A stretch of 64,000 nt of DNA from Bacteroidia bacterium (GTDB taxonomy: Bacteria > Bacteroidota > Bacteroidia > Palsa-965). The position numbers were made by a program, and so were the translations under genes. How positions within the stretch are numbered: the first letter of the stretch is position 1; the number at the start of each line of letters is the position of its first letter. The DNA lies in NCBI GenBank assembly GCA_023151315.1, contig JAKLJE010000012.1, forward strand, positions 27,584-91,583, given 5' to 3'. The notes under the pieces are model-generated. The model had not been told where the DNA came from, searched no databases, and was given only the letters and a program-made list of their open reading frames with translations. Below, one piece after another: positions 11,130-21,091 of the stretch.

Positions 11130-12320
11130 ATGGCGAACACCAATCTCGATTATTCTGATTTCTTCAAACCGCTTGATCTGAATTCCATCGCAGGCGGTAA
11201 TCAATATCTGGCTACGCAACTCGGTAACCTTGCCGCAATTCATACTTCTGCATCCGGTTGGCCTGATCTTTCTGAATGTCACTTCGCAATTATCGGTGTG
11301 AACGAAGATCGTCCTGCTGTTAGCAATATCGGCGCTGCTGATGCTCCTGATGAAGTGAGAAAGTATCTGTACAGATTGTTCCAGGGAAATTGGAATGTGA
11401 AACTTGCCGACTTAGGAAATATTGCTGCCGGCGCAACACCGCAGGATACCGACTTTGCAATCAAAACCGTGATGGGTGGATTGCTTCGCAAGAATATCAT
11501 TCCGATCATCATCGGAGGAAGTCATCATCTTACATACGCGCAGTATCTCGCTTATGAAGCTATTGAGCAAACAGTAAACCTGGTTGCAATCGATCCTCGT
11601 TTCGATATTGGTGTGGGTTCAGATGAATACACCAGCCAGTCATGGGTAAGTAAAATCATTCTGCATCAACCGAATTTCCTTTTCAATTTTTCAAACGTTG
11701 GTTATCAGACATATTTCGTGGAGCAATCTGCGGTGGAACTGATGAGCAAATTGAATTTCGATATTCATCGTCTAGGAGTTTGTCGCGATAAGATTGCAGA
11801 CATAGAACCGGTAATCCGCAACGCAGATCTCGTGAGTTTTGATATTTCATGCGTGCGTCGCGCAGATGCGCCCGGTTGCGGATTTGCATCACCGAATGGT
11901 TTCTCCGGCGACGAAGCTTGTCAACTCGCTCGTTACGCAGGTATCAGTGATAAATGCACTTCATTCGGAATCTTTGAAGTGAATCCGTTGAAAGATCCGG
12001 AAGGTCATACATCACATCTTGCTGCGCAAATGATCTGGTGTTTCGTTGACGGATACTATAACAGAAAAAAAGATTTTCCTTTCGGAACGAAAGACGATTA
12101 CACGCGTTACCGCGTGTTCCTCAAAGATCAGAATCACGAAATTATTTTCTTCAAGAGCAATCGCAGCGACAGATGGTGGATGGAAGTTCCTTATCCGCCG
12201 AATCAGAAAATACGCTTCGAACGTCACGCACTTGTTCCATGCACATATTCAGATTATGAACTCGCGTGTGCAGAAGAAATGCCGGATCGTTGGTGGCAGA
12301 CGTTTCAGAAACTTTCTTAG
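11130..12320 (+). CDS. Arginase or formimidoylglutamase family protein (ureohydrolase fold).
   Basis: Motifs IIGVNEDR and IIIGGSHHLTY. 396 aa. Confidence 0.6.
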   Translation: MANTNLDYSDFFKPLDLNSIAGGNQYLATQLGNLAAIHTSASGWPDLSECHFAIIGVNEDRPAVSNIGAADAPDEVRKYLYRLFQGNWNVKLADLGNIAAGATPQDTDFAIKTVMGGLLRKNIIPIIIGGSHHLTYAQYLAYEAIEQTVNLVAIDPRFDIGVGSDEYTSQSWVSKIILHQPNFLFNFSNVGYQTYFVEQSAVELMSKLNFDIHRLGVCRDKIADIEPVIRNADLVSFDISCVRRADAPGCGFASPNGFSGDEACQLARYAGISDKCTSFGIFEVNPLKDPEGHTSHLAAQMIWCFVDGYYNRKKDFPFGTKDDYTRYRVFLKDQNHEIIFFKSNRSDRWWMEVPYPPNQKIRFERHALVPCTYSDYELACAEEMPDRWWQTFQKLS

Positions 12321-12437
12321 TGCGAATGAAATAACTGCAACTTGAATTGCTCACTTGCAGTTGTATCTTTTTTTCTCTCGTCGGTTATACTTTCAAACTC
12401 CCCTGAACGGCAAACTCAGGGCTCAAACTCCGACGGT

Positions 12438-13472
12438 ATGAAACGCATGTTTACTTACATGGCATTGCTATGCCTTGCAGCGAACGGATTTTCTCAGCAG
12501 GATCCGCAGTTCACAAACTTCAATTTCAACAGAACATTTTTCAATCCTGCTCACACAGGTGTTAAACGTGCACTGTGTTTTACGGCGCTTGCGCGTAATC
12601 AGTGGAGCGGATTTGATGGCGCACCGAAAACTGCAACACTGACCGGCGAATACTGGATGGAAAATCTCTCCAGCGGTATAGGAGGATCTGTGATGATTGA
12701 TGAACTCGGTTTCGAAAAGAACATGAGCTACAGAATCAACTACGCATTTCACATGACTGAAGTTGCCGGAGGAAATCTCTCATTCGGTATTGATGCAGGT
12801 ATAACATCGAAAGTACTTGGACCTACAGGATCACAATCATGGATATCATCTTCATCATGGCAGAATGATCCTTCCATTCCTCCGCAAATCAAAAAATCAT
12901 CTCCGGATTTCGGTGCAGGAATCTGGTATCAACATACGAAATTCTGGGCGGGCGCATCCGCTTCTCACATTGGTACGCCGTCTATGAATCAGGGGAATGT
13001 TATTGTCAACACCAGTCCGCCCACTGTGCATTCCAGAATTTTTCAGGTAGCGCGACATTATTGGTTGACGGGAGGAGTCAATCTTCAGAAGCGAAACTGG
13101 TTGTTTCAGCCTTCGTTTCTGGTGAAATCAGATGCAGTTATTACATCATTCGATTTAAATTGTATCGCCACCTACAACAATGTTTTCTGGTTCGGAGCTA
13201 CATACCGTTATCAGGATGCGCTTTGTCCTCAACTCGGTTTTACGTGGCAAACAGGAGGAGTGAAAGGTAAACCAGGAACTGAAGAAACCGCGCCTGCTGA
13301 TCCGCGAAACAGAAAAAAGCCTGTTGCCACATGGAAAATCGGATTTGCGTATGATTACACAACTTCCAAACTGAATGACTACAACAACGGCACATTCGAA
13401 GTTTTCGTGAATTATTGCATTCCGATTACGCCATGGATTCAACGCCAAGGCTGTTCCAGACTGTTTGAATGA
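12438..13472 (+). CDS. PorP/SprF-family T9SS outer-membrane protein, copy 1.
   Basis: Signal peptide followed by QQDPQFTNFNFN and NPAHTG motifs. Lies directly upstream of gldK in a porP-porK-like arrangement. Confidence 0.8.
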   Translation: MKRMFTYMALLCLAANGFSQQDPQFTNFNFNRTFFNPAHTGVKRALCFTALARNQWSGFDGAPKTATLTGEYWMENLSSGIGGSVMIDELGFEKNMSYRINYAFHMTEVAGGNLSFGIDAGITSKVLGPTGSQSWISSSSWQNDPSIPPQIKKSSPDFGAGIWYQHTKFWAGASASHIGTPSMNQGNVIVNTSPPTVHSRIFQVARHYWLTGGVNLQKRNWLFQPSFLVKSDAVITSFDLNCIATYNNVFWFGATYRYQDALCPQLGFTWQTGGVKGKPGTEETAPADPRNRKKPVATWKIGFAYDYTTSKLNDYNNGTFEVFVNYCIPITPWIQRQGCSRLFE

Positions 13473-13781
13473 TCGATTTTTTATGGCGTTTTCTGCCTGA
13501 ATTGATCGATTTTCTTATGTTCCACGCTAAATTTTAAGTACTGATTATCAGTGGTATAGCTTTTATTCACAGGGTGTGTATCTTTTCCTGTTTCCTTGGT
13601 TATATATCTCAGAAACAGGTTAAAAAGCCCCAATCTGAACGAAATTCGGCTAAAGCCAGGTGTCGAGGTTTTGAACAGATTGGGGTTAAAAAAGATTTGG
13701 CATTAAAAAATGTTTACATATCTTAGCGACCTAGTGTACCGACCGTAAAGAGGAAGACGGGCGTGTAAACACCTTTTAACT

Positions 13782-14759
13782 ATGAAGAAAAGCTTTACAA
13801 TTATTGCTTTTGTATTGGGCAGCACGGCGGTTTTTGCTCAGCAGGATCCGCAATTCTCACAATACATGCACAACAAAATGTTCATGAACCCAGCTTACGC
13901 CGGCATGCGTCAGGCTCTGTGCGGAACATTAATCGCTCGCCAGCAATGGTCAGGATTTGAAGGTGCTCCACAAAGTGGTGTTCTTTCAGTTGACATGTTC
14001 ACCCCGCAACTTCATGGTGGTGTAGGTCTCAACGTAATGTATGATAAGCTCGGTTTCGAACAAACAATGGCTTATCGTCTTGCGTATTCATTCCATTTGC
14101 CACTCGCAGGCGGTACTCTCGGTATCGGTGTTGAGGGCGGTGCTGCATCAAAAACTCTCGGACCAACAGGTTCTCAGTCTTGGATCGCTACTACCAACTG
14201 GCAGAATGACCCTTCTGTTCCGCCTCAACTGAAGAAAACTACTTTCGACGTAGGTTTCGGTCTTTGGTACCAGCGTCAGAACATGTGGTTCGGTATTTCT
14301 TCAACTCACCTCGCTGCAAATAAATTCGACGACGGAACAACGAGCGTCAACCTGATCAACCACAATCTTGTTTACCAGATGGCACGCCATTACTGGGTAA
14401 CCGGTGGTGTTACTTTGATGCAGGGAAATACTTGGGAGGTTCGTCCTTCTTTCCTTGTTAAGTCTGACGCAACGGTAACTTCGTTCGATATCAACTGTAT
14501 CGCGATGTTTAATCAGCGTTTCTGGTTCGGTGCTTCTTATCGTTATCAGGATGCGATTATTCCAATGTTGGGCTTCCAGATTCCTCACGCTGTAACTGGC
14601 GAGAATGGCGGTCTTAAAGTTGGTTTCGCATACGACTACACAACTTCGAACCTTGGTGATTACAACAACGGTTCATTCGAGTTGTTCCTGAACTACTGCG
14701 TTCCAATCAAGTTTGTACAGAAAACTGAGCGTCACGGAGACGTACGTTTGTTCGACTAA
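13782..14759 (+). CDS. PorP/SprF-family T9SS outer-membrane protein, copy 2.
   Basis: N-terminus MKKSFTIIAFVLGSTAVFAQQDPQFSQYMHNKMFMNPAYAG. It shares a conserved C-terminal half with copy 1 (GFAYDYTTS.L.DYNNGSFE). Confidence 0.85.
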   Translation: MKKSFTIIAFVLGSTAVFAQQDPQFSQYMHNKMFMNPAYAGMRQALCGTLIARQQWSGFEGAPQSGVLSVDMFTPQLHGGVGLNVMYDKLGFEQTMAYRLAYSFHLPLAGGTLGIGVEGGAASKTLGPTGSQSWIATTNWQNDPSVPPQLKKTTFDVGFGLWYQRQNMWFGISSTHLAANKFDDGTTSVNLINHNLVYQMARHYWVTGGVTLMQGNTWEVRPSFLVKSDATVTSFDINCIAMFNQRFWFGASYRYQDAIIPMLGFQIPHAVTGENGGLKVGFAYDYTTSNLGDYNNGSFELFLNYCVPIKFVQKTERHGDVRLFD

Positions 14760-14954
14760 TTCTTTAACCAACAATATCAATTGAAACTTTAAAAGTCCAG
14801 TTGACGTTAAATACAGTCCTGATTTGACGAACCGCCCGGAAACGCGGTAAATATCTTCAGGAGGGGACAATTTCGGGAAAGATTGTTCCGTTATTTGATA
14901 GAACCTGGCACAGAAAACAACTACTACAACCAAGGGAAACCAAAGGAGGCTAAA

Positions 14955-16388
14955 ATGAAAAGATTGTTGTTCGCAGGCGTTGTTGCCATGTTATTGTTCA
15001 CTTCCTGCTCACAGGAAAATGGACAATTGATTGGCGTTCAAAACCGACCGGCATGGTATCCGTTCGATCCGTACGGAATGCTGTACTGTCCAATGGGCAG
15101 CTACAACATGGGACCGTCAGATGAGGATATTCCTTATGCCCACACAACGAAAGCTAAAACAGTTTCGGTACAGGCGTTTTACATGGACCAAACGGAAATC
15201 TCAAACAATGAGTACCGTCAGTTCGTGTATGATGTGCGTGACTCTATCGCACGTCGACTCCTCTCCGAAGAATACGAGGAAGAATACCTGATTCCGGAAG
15301 AAGAATGGATCGGATACGAAGACAATGGTCCTTTGTACATCGATGTTGACTATCCTCAGGATCCTTATCGTCCGTTGAATCGTTTGGAGAAAATCCGTTG
15401 GGACGAAACAGATCCTGACTACAAAGCTGCGTTGAACGACCTTTATCTTCCTATCGAAGAGCGTTTCTACAGCCGTAAAGACGTTGATACCCGCAAACTG
15501 ATTTTCGAATACTATCGTATCGACCTTCGTCTTGCTGCGTCAAAGTCTAACCGTTACAAGCCAAAAACAACTCCAGGCCCTGAAGGTCGTCAGTTCCCTA
15601 CACGTGAACAGGGAACCTATGACGTAACTAAGAAAGAAGGACAGCGTAACGGAGTAAACCGAAGCATCTTCATCATTAAAGATGTGATCAACGTTTACCC
15701 TGATACTTTGGCTTGGATTCATGACTTTACGTATTCATTCAACGAGCCAATGACCAATATGTATTTCTGGCATCCGGCTTATGATGATTATCCGGTGGTA
15801 GGTGTAACCTGGAAGCAGGCTCGTGCATTTTGTGTATGGCGCACAATGTTGCTGAACAACTTCCTGCGTTCAAACGATGAAGCAACTGTTCAGGATTTCC
15901 GTCTCCCAACGGAGTCTGAGTGGGAATACGCTGCTCGTGCCGGTCTGCAATTGTCTCCGTTCCCTTGGGGCGGTCCGTATATCCGTAACGCACGCGGATG
16001 TTTCTTAGGAAACTTCAAGCCAATGCGCGGTTCATACATCGATGATGGCGGATTCCACACGGTTAAGATTTTCTCTTATAACCCTAACGACTGGGGCTTC
16101 TATTGCATGGCTGGTAACGCAGCTGAGTGGACGAACAACGCGTTCGATGAATCAGCTTATGACTTCATGCATGACCTCAACCCTGATTACCAGTACGAGA
16201 CTACAGTTGCAGATGAGCAGATCCCTGTTCTGTGCCGCAAAGTAATCCGTGGCGGTTCGTGGAAAGATGTAGGTTTCTACCTGCAGAACTCTTCACGTAC
16301 TTATGAGTATCAGGATACAGCTAAGTGTTATGTCGGATTCCGTTGCGTAATGACCTTCCTCGGTCGTTCGAAGGATGATGATCTATAG
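14955..16388 (+). CDS. gldK: Gliding motility/T9SS lipoprotein GldK (PorK ortholog, FGE-sulfatase fold).
   Basis: Lipobox MKRLLFAGVVAMLLFTSC. An FGE/SUMF1-like domain carrying GGSWKD. AGGAGG lies 5 nt before the ATG. Confidence 0.88.
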   Translation: MKRLLFAGVVAMLLFTSCSQENGQLIGVQNRPAWYPFDPYGMLYCPMGSYNMGPSDEDIPYAHTTKAKTVSVQAFYMDQTEISNNEYRQFVYDVRDSIARRLLSEEYEEEYLIPEEEWIGYEDNGPLYIDVDYPQDPYRPLNRLEKIRWDETDPDYKAALNDLYLPIEERFYSRKDVDTRKLIFEYYRIDLRLAASKSNRYKPKTTPGPEGRQFPTREQGTYDVTKKEGQRNGVNRSIFIIKDVINVYPDTLAWIHDFTYSFNEPMTNMYFWHPAYDDYPVVGVTWKQARAFCVWRTMLLNNFLRSNDEATVQDFRLPTESEWEYAARAGLQLSPFPWGGPYIRNARGCFLGNFKPMRGSYIDDGGFHTVKIFSYNPNDWGFYCMAGNAAEWTNNAFDESAYDFMHDLNPDYQYETTVADEQIPVLCRKVIRGGSWKDVGFYLQNSSRTYEYQDTAKCYVGFRCVMTFLGRSKDDDL

Positions 16389-16451
16389 TAGTAATCCCAA
16401 AACCAAACATAATTTAATTCCTGTTTCTTAACCAACAAACAAGCACAAACA

Positions 16452-17324
16452 ATGAGCGGTAAAAGTTTATTTGAAACCAAGAAGTGGAAGATGTTTATGG
16501 CGAAGCTTTACGGCTTCGGAGCGGCGGTTGTAATCGTCGGTGCACTCTTCAAAATTCAGCACTGGCCAGGGGCTAGTCTTATGCTTATCGTAGGTCTGGG
16601 TACTGAGGCCGTAATCTTTATCTTCTCGGCTTTCGAACCGATTCACGAAGATCTGGATTGGACATTGGTTTACCCTGAACTTGCAGGAATGAGTGACGAA
16701 GAAGGAAAGCGTGGTCGTGAACTTGGCGGTGGCGGTGCAGTAGGTGATCCGCTTACTAATCAGCTCGACAAAATGCTTGAAGAAGCTAAGATCGGACCGG
16801 AACTTCTTGAAAGTTTGGGTCAGGGAATGCGTAACCTCTCCGACAGCGTTTCTAAAATGGGCGAAATTGCTGACGCGAGCGTAGCATCTAAAGAATTCTC
16901 TGATAACCTCAACAAGGCAACTTCTAAAGTTGACAACCTTGCTCAGGCATATGATCGTGCTAACGAAAGCGTTAGTTCATCTGTTGATCAGTTGGCAAGC
17001 GCATACACTCGTGCGTCACGTACGCTTGAGTCGTTCACTGTTGCTAATGATGAGGCTTCTAATTACAGCGAACAGCTTGGCAAGGTTTCTAAAAACCTCG
17101 CTGCACTCAATGCTGCTTACGAGCTTCAGCTTCAGGGTTCAAACGAACACCTCAAGGCTACAAACACGCTTTACGAAGGAATCCAGCAGATCCTTGGAAA
17201 CCTCAACGAGTCTATGGACGACACCCGTAGATATCGCTCTGAGATTTCTAATCTCGCGTCTAACCTCGAACAACTCAACACGGTGTACGGCAACATGCTG
17301 ACCGCTATGAACGTTCGTCGCTAA
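16452..17324 (+). CDS. gldL: Gliding motility/T9SS protein GldL (PorL).
   Basis: Motif YGFGAAVVIVGALFKIQHWPGASLMLIVGLGTEAVIFIFSAFEP. Two TM helices plus a cytoplasmic coiled-coil region. Confidence 0.9.
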   Translation: MSGKSLFETKKWKMFMAKLYGFGAAVVIVGALFKIQHWPGASLMLIVGLGTEAVIFIFSAFEPIHEDLDWTLVYPELAGMSDEEGKRGRELGGGGAVGDPLTNQLDKMLEEAKIGPELLESLGQGMRNLSDSVSKMGEIADASVASKEFSDNLNKATSKVDNLAQAYDRANESVSSSVDQLASAYTRASRTLESFTVANDEASNYSEQLGKVSKNLAALNAAYELQLQGSNEHLKATNTLYEGIQQILGNLNESMDDTRRYRSEISNLASNLEQLNTVYGNMLTAMNVRR

Positions 17325-17370
17325 TAATTCTGGTATTGCCTAACAAAAATTAAAAGGAGGATACTCGAAA

Positions 17371-19005
17371 ATGGCAGGTGGAAAACAGTCTCCGCGTCAG
17401 AAGATGATTGGTATGATGTACCTCGTACTTACCGCTCTTCTTGCGCTGAACGTATCAAAAGAAATCATCAACTCGTTCATGGTAATTGAAACGGGTCTGA
17501 TCAGCACTAACAACGGTATCGACAACAAAAACGGCATTCTTTACAGCCAGTTCGAGTTGGCGTTGCTGAACGATGAGAAGAAAGCAAAACCTTTCTACGA
17601 CAAAGCGATGGAAATCCGTAAAAAGTCGGATGAACTCGTGAAGTTTATTCAGGAACTTAAGTCTGAAATCAAAACTGAAACTCAGTTTGGTGTCAACTAC
17701 TCTCCTGAACAAAAGAAGATCGGTGATACTTTGAGCTCACGTCTCATAGACAAACCGGATGATTACGATACTCCGACTCACTACATGATTGGTGAAGACC
17801 CGGCGAACGTAACCGGAAAGGCTGCTGAATTGAAGAAGAAACTGAACGAACATCACAAATTCCTGATGTCTCAGTTGGCTCCTGATCAGCAGAAAGAACT
17901 TGAGAACAACCTCAAGACTCTTGAAACCAAAGAACAGTGGAACCAGTCTGAAGAGAAGACTGTAAGCTGGGAGTGGTACAACTTCTACCATATGCCTGTT
18001 ACGGCTATGCTTGCAAACCTTACCCGTATGCAGGTTGACGTAAAGAATGCAGAAGGTGACGTTGTAAACGAGCTTCTGGGTTCAGTTTCCAAGAACGACT
18101 TTAAGTTCGATACGCTTGCTGCGAAAGTAGTTGCTCCTACGAGCTACGTTCTTTCGGGTGATAAGTATGTAGCGAACCTTTTCGTTGCGGCATTCAGCAC
18201 TACGCAGGATCCTTCAATCTGGCTTTGCGATTACGATTCAGTAACCAAACAGCCAAAAGGACCGATCGACTCAACTTCAGTTAAAGTTGCTCGTGGTATC
18301 GGAACTTACGAAGTTGCTGCTAACGCAGTTGGTCTTCAGACTTGGAAAGGTTTGATCCGCGTTAAGAAGCCGGACAATTCATGGGAAGCATATCCATTCA
18401 AATCGGAGTACATCGTTGCTACACCATCTGCAGCTGTGTTCCTCGAGAAGATGAACGTGTTCTACATCGGTGTTGACAATCCTATCACAATTTCTGCAGC
18501 AGGTGTTGCTCCTGGAGATCTTCAGCCTTCAATCACTGGCGGAACTATGCGTCCTGCCGGTAAGCCGGGATCTTACATTGTATCTGTTTCTCAGGGAACC
18601 AAAGCTACAATCAACGTAGGTGCAAAACTGAACGGAGTACAGAAATCAATGGGATCATTCGATTTCCGTATCAAGCGTGTACCGGATCCGGTAGCTTACG
18701 TAGGAAACATCAAGGGTGACGGACAGATGACGAAAGCCGAACTCAATGCAGCAAGCGGTGTGTTTGCTCGTATGGAAGGCTTCGACTTCGATCTCTCATT
18801 CTCAGTTGTATCTTTCGTAATGTCAATGAACGTTAACGGTGTATTCGTGGAGAAGAAAGGAAACGGCCCTGCGATTACAGCGGAAATGAAGTCACTGCTC
18901 GCAGGAGCTAAGCCTGGAAACAAAGTCTTCTTTGAGCAGATTACAGTTAAAGGTCCTGATGGATCATTACGTAAAATACCTGGCGTAAACATCAAGGTGA
19001 AGTAA
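17371..19005 (+). CDS. gldM: Gliding motility/T9SS protein GldM (PorM).
   Basis: N-terminus MAGGKQSPRQKMIGMMYLVLTALLALNVSKE. AGGAGG lies 10 nt upstream. Confidence 0.92.
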   Translation: MAGGKQSPRQKMIGMMYLVLTALLALNVSKEIINSFMVIETGLISTNNGIDNKNGILYSQFELALLNDEKKAKPFYDKAMEIRKKSDELVKFIQELKSEIKTETQFGVNYSPEQKKIGDTLSSRLIDKPDDYDTPTHYMIGEDPANVTGKAAELKKKLNEHHKFLMSQLAPDQQKELENNLKTLETKEQWNQSEEKTVSWEWYNFYHMPVTAMLANLTRMQVDVKNAEGDVVNELLGSVSKNDFKFDTLAAKVVAPTSYVLSGDKYVANLFVAAFSTTQDPSIWLCDYDSVTKQPKGPIDSTSVKVARGIGTYEVAANAVGLQTWKGLIRVKKPDNSWEAYPFKSEYIVATPSAAVFLEKMNVFYIGVDNPITISAAGVAPGDLQPSITGGTMRPAGKPGSYIVSVSQGTKATINVGAKLNGVQKSMGSFDFRIKRVPDPVAYVGNIKGDGQMTKAELNAASGVFARMEGFDFDLSFSVVSFVMSMNVNGVFVEKKGNGPAITAEMKSLLAGAKPGNKVFFEQITVKGPDGSLRKIPGVNIKVK

Positions 19006-19032
19006 TCACCAACTATAAGGGAGGAAATAAAA

Positions 19033-19893
19033 ATGAAAAGGTTCAGATTCTTACTGGTAGCGGTCATTACCATTCTGTCCATCAGTACTACTGATGCGCA
19101 GGTACTCGATCCGAATTTTCCTGACCAGGTTTACCTGAAGGAAAATACGAGAACGCGTCGCCCGATCCCGTACACATATCTGCGTGAAGCAGATGTGATG
19201 TGGTCAAAGCGAGTGTGGAGAACAATTGACCTCCGCGAGAAATTCAACCATCCGTTGTATTATCCGGAAACCAGAATTCAGGACCGTCGCAGTCTGTTCG
19301 ACGTTTTGAAAGATGCTTTGATGGCTGGTTCTATCACTGCATTTGACAATCCTGCAATGGATGACGAGTTCAAGGTAAAAATGTCCAAAGCGGCTATTGA
19401 AGGTCTCTTCGTACAGTGGGATTCCACCAATCAGGTGGAAGATCCGAATAACCCCGGAACTTTCATTCTTGCTCCGATCAAAACTGAGCTTTTGTCAAAC
19501 AACGTGAAAGCGTACTGGATGAAAGAAGACTGGTTCTTTGATAAGCAGCGTTCTGTAATGGATGTGCGCATTCTCGGATTGTGCCCGATGAAAGAAAAAC
19601 AGGATCCGTCAACCGGTGAGGTTGTGGGTTACCTGCCGCTCTTCTGGGTGTATTTCCCGCAGTGCCGTCCGGTTTTCGCAACAGCTGAAGTTTACAACCT
19701 GAAAACAGATGCAGAGCGTCGTTCACTCGACGACATTTTCTGGAAGCGCATGTTCCAGAGCTATGTTCACAAAGAAACCAACGTTTACGACCGTAACATT
19801 CAGTCGTACTACACAGGTCTCGACGCTCTTCTGGAGTCAGATCGTATCAAGAACGACATTTTTGTTTACGAACACGATTTGTGGCACTTCTAA
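19033..19893 (+). CDS. gldN: Gliding motility/T9SS protein GldN (PorN).
   Basis: Motifs EADVMWSKRVWRTIDLREKFNHPLYYPE and KEDWFFDKQRSVMDVRILGLCP. GGGAGG lies 8 nt upstream. Confidence 0.9.
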   Translation: MKRFRFLLVAVITILSISTTDAQVLDPNFPDQVYLKENTRTRRPIPYTYLREADVMWSKRVWRTIDLREKFNHPLYYPETRIQDRRSLFDVLKDALMAGSITAFDNPAMDDEFKVKMSKAAIEGLFVQWDSTNQVEDPNNPGTFILAPIKTELLSNNVKAYWMKEDWFFDKQRSVMDVRILGLCPMKEKQDPSTGEVVGYLPLFWVYFPQCRPVFATAEVYNLKTDAERRSLDDIFWKRMFQSYVHKETNVYDRNIQSYYTGLDALLESDRIKNDIFVYEHDLWHF

Positions 19894-19912
19894 GACACGA
19901 ATTCAATAAAAA

Positions 19913-19943
19913 GGTCCCTCGGTAACCCCGGGGGATTTTTTTT
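19913..19943 (+). terminator. Intrinsic terminator after gldN.
   Basis: CCCTCGG and CCGGGGG form a 7-bp stem (one G-U pair) with loop TAACC, followed by T8. Confidence 0.55.
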
Positions 19944-20051
19944 GCCCTTGTGCGTCATAATGCGTTCCTGAAGATTTTTTTTAATGTCGAGTGACTTTCG
20001 TCCGGCAGCTGCTTTATGCTTCTGAATCCACAAACAAGAAAGGAGCATAAA

Positions 20052-20921
20052 ATGAAAAAGCAGATCATCATTATTCCACGTCCCGGCAGTTTTGTATTTG
20101 TTGTACTAATCGCTGTTCTGATGGCTTTACCGTCAATTCTGTCAGCGCAGATTCCATCAACATTTTACGTCAAGGAAAATACCCGTAACCGCAAGCCGGT
20201 AAGTTACAATCACGAGCGTGAAACGGATATCATGTGGTCGAAACGTGTTTGGCGCACTCTCGATCTGCGAGAAAAGTTTAATCATCCTTTGTACTATCCG
20301 GAGAATCCGATCAACGACAGAAAGAGTTTGTTTGACGTGATCAAGCAGGGAATTATGGACGGAGAGATTTGGGCTTATGATAACCCTGTGTTCGACGATG
20401 AGTTCAAAGTGAAAATGAGTAAGATTCAATTTGATTCTATGGTAGCCTGGGTTGATTCTGTTGACGTTGAGGATCCGTTTAATCCGGGTACTTACATCAG
20501 AGTGGCCGTGCCGGGATTTCTGGAGTCGCGTTCGGTGAAGCAATACTGGGTGAAAGAAGATTGGTTTTTCGATCGTCAACGTTCTGTGATGGATGTACGC
20601 ATTCTGGGATTATGTCCGCTGCAGGAAAAGACAGATGCGAATGGCGAGATCATTGGATACAAACCTTTGTTCTGGGTGTATTTTCCTCAGTGTCGCGAAG
20701 TGTTTGCACGCAATGAAGTATTCAACACGCACAATGATGCGCAACGACTTTCGGTTGATGACGTTTTCTTCAAACGCATGTTCTCCAGTTACGTGCATAA
20801 GGAAAGTAACGTGTACGACAGAAGCATTAACAGTTATGCAAGCGGATTGGATGCATTGCTTGAAGCGGACCGCGTGAAGGATGATATATCGAAGACTGAG
20901 CACGATGTGTGGCATTTTTAG
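20052..20921 (+). CDS. GldN paralog 2 (GldO-like).
   Basis: Motifs ETDIMWSKRVWRTLDLREKFNHPLYYPE and KEDWFFDRQRSVMDVRILGLCP. AGGAG lies 6 nt upstream. Confidence 0.88.
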   Translation: MKKQIIIIPRPGSFVFVVLIAVLMALPSILSAQIPSTFYVKENTRNRKPVSYNHERETDIMWSKRVWRTLDLREKFNHPLYYPENPINDRKSLFDVIKQGIMDGEIWAYDNPVFDDEFKVKMSKIQFDSMVAWVDSVDVEDPFNPGTYIRVAVPGFLESRSVKQYWVKEDWFFDRQRSVMDVRILGLCPLQEKTDANGEIIGYKPLFWVYFPQCREVFARNEVFNTHNDAQRLSVDDVFFKRMFSSYVHKESNVYDRSINSYASGLDALLEADRVKDDISKTEHDVWHF

Positions 20922-20941
20922 TCACGGGTGCTTTTTGCGGG

Positions 20942-20981
20942 GCGGCATTCTCTCTTCGGAGCGGATGCCGCTGTTTTTTTT
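20942..20981 (+). terminator. Intrinsic terminator after the second gldN paralog.
   Basis: Outer stem GCGGCAT/ATGCCGC with inner CTC-TTCG-GAG, followed by TGTTTTTTTT. Confidence 0.65.
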
Positions 20982-21091
20982 AGCATTCCTTCACACTAAG
21001 CGGCATGGTGTTTCGTTATTAATAGAACAAAGCATCAACTCATGCAAACCGATACACGAGCGTATTGTATCCATTTAGAAAGGAGGAACCT

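Noticed and set aside
21065-21091. Longer N-terminal extensions from the track for several genes.
   Set aside because: The track treats TTG and GTG as starts. Affected ORFs begin at 42..974, 6684, 8207, 21065, 22737, 23928, 26884, 46741 and 63088. In each case a downstream ATG gives a canonical signal peptide or domain start and often an SD or overlap with the upstream stop, so I trimmed to the ATG.
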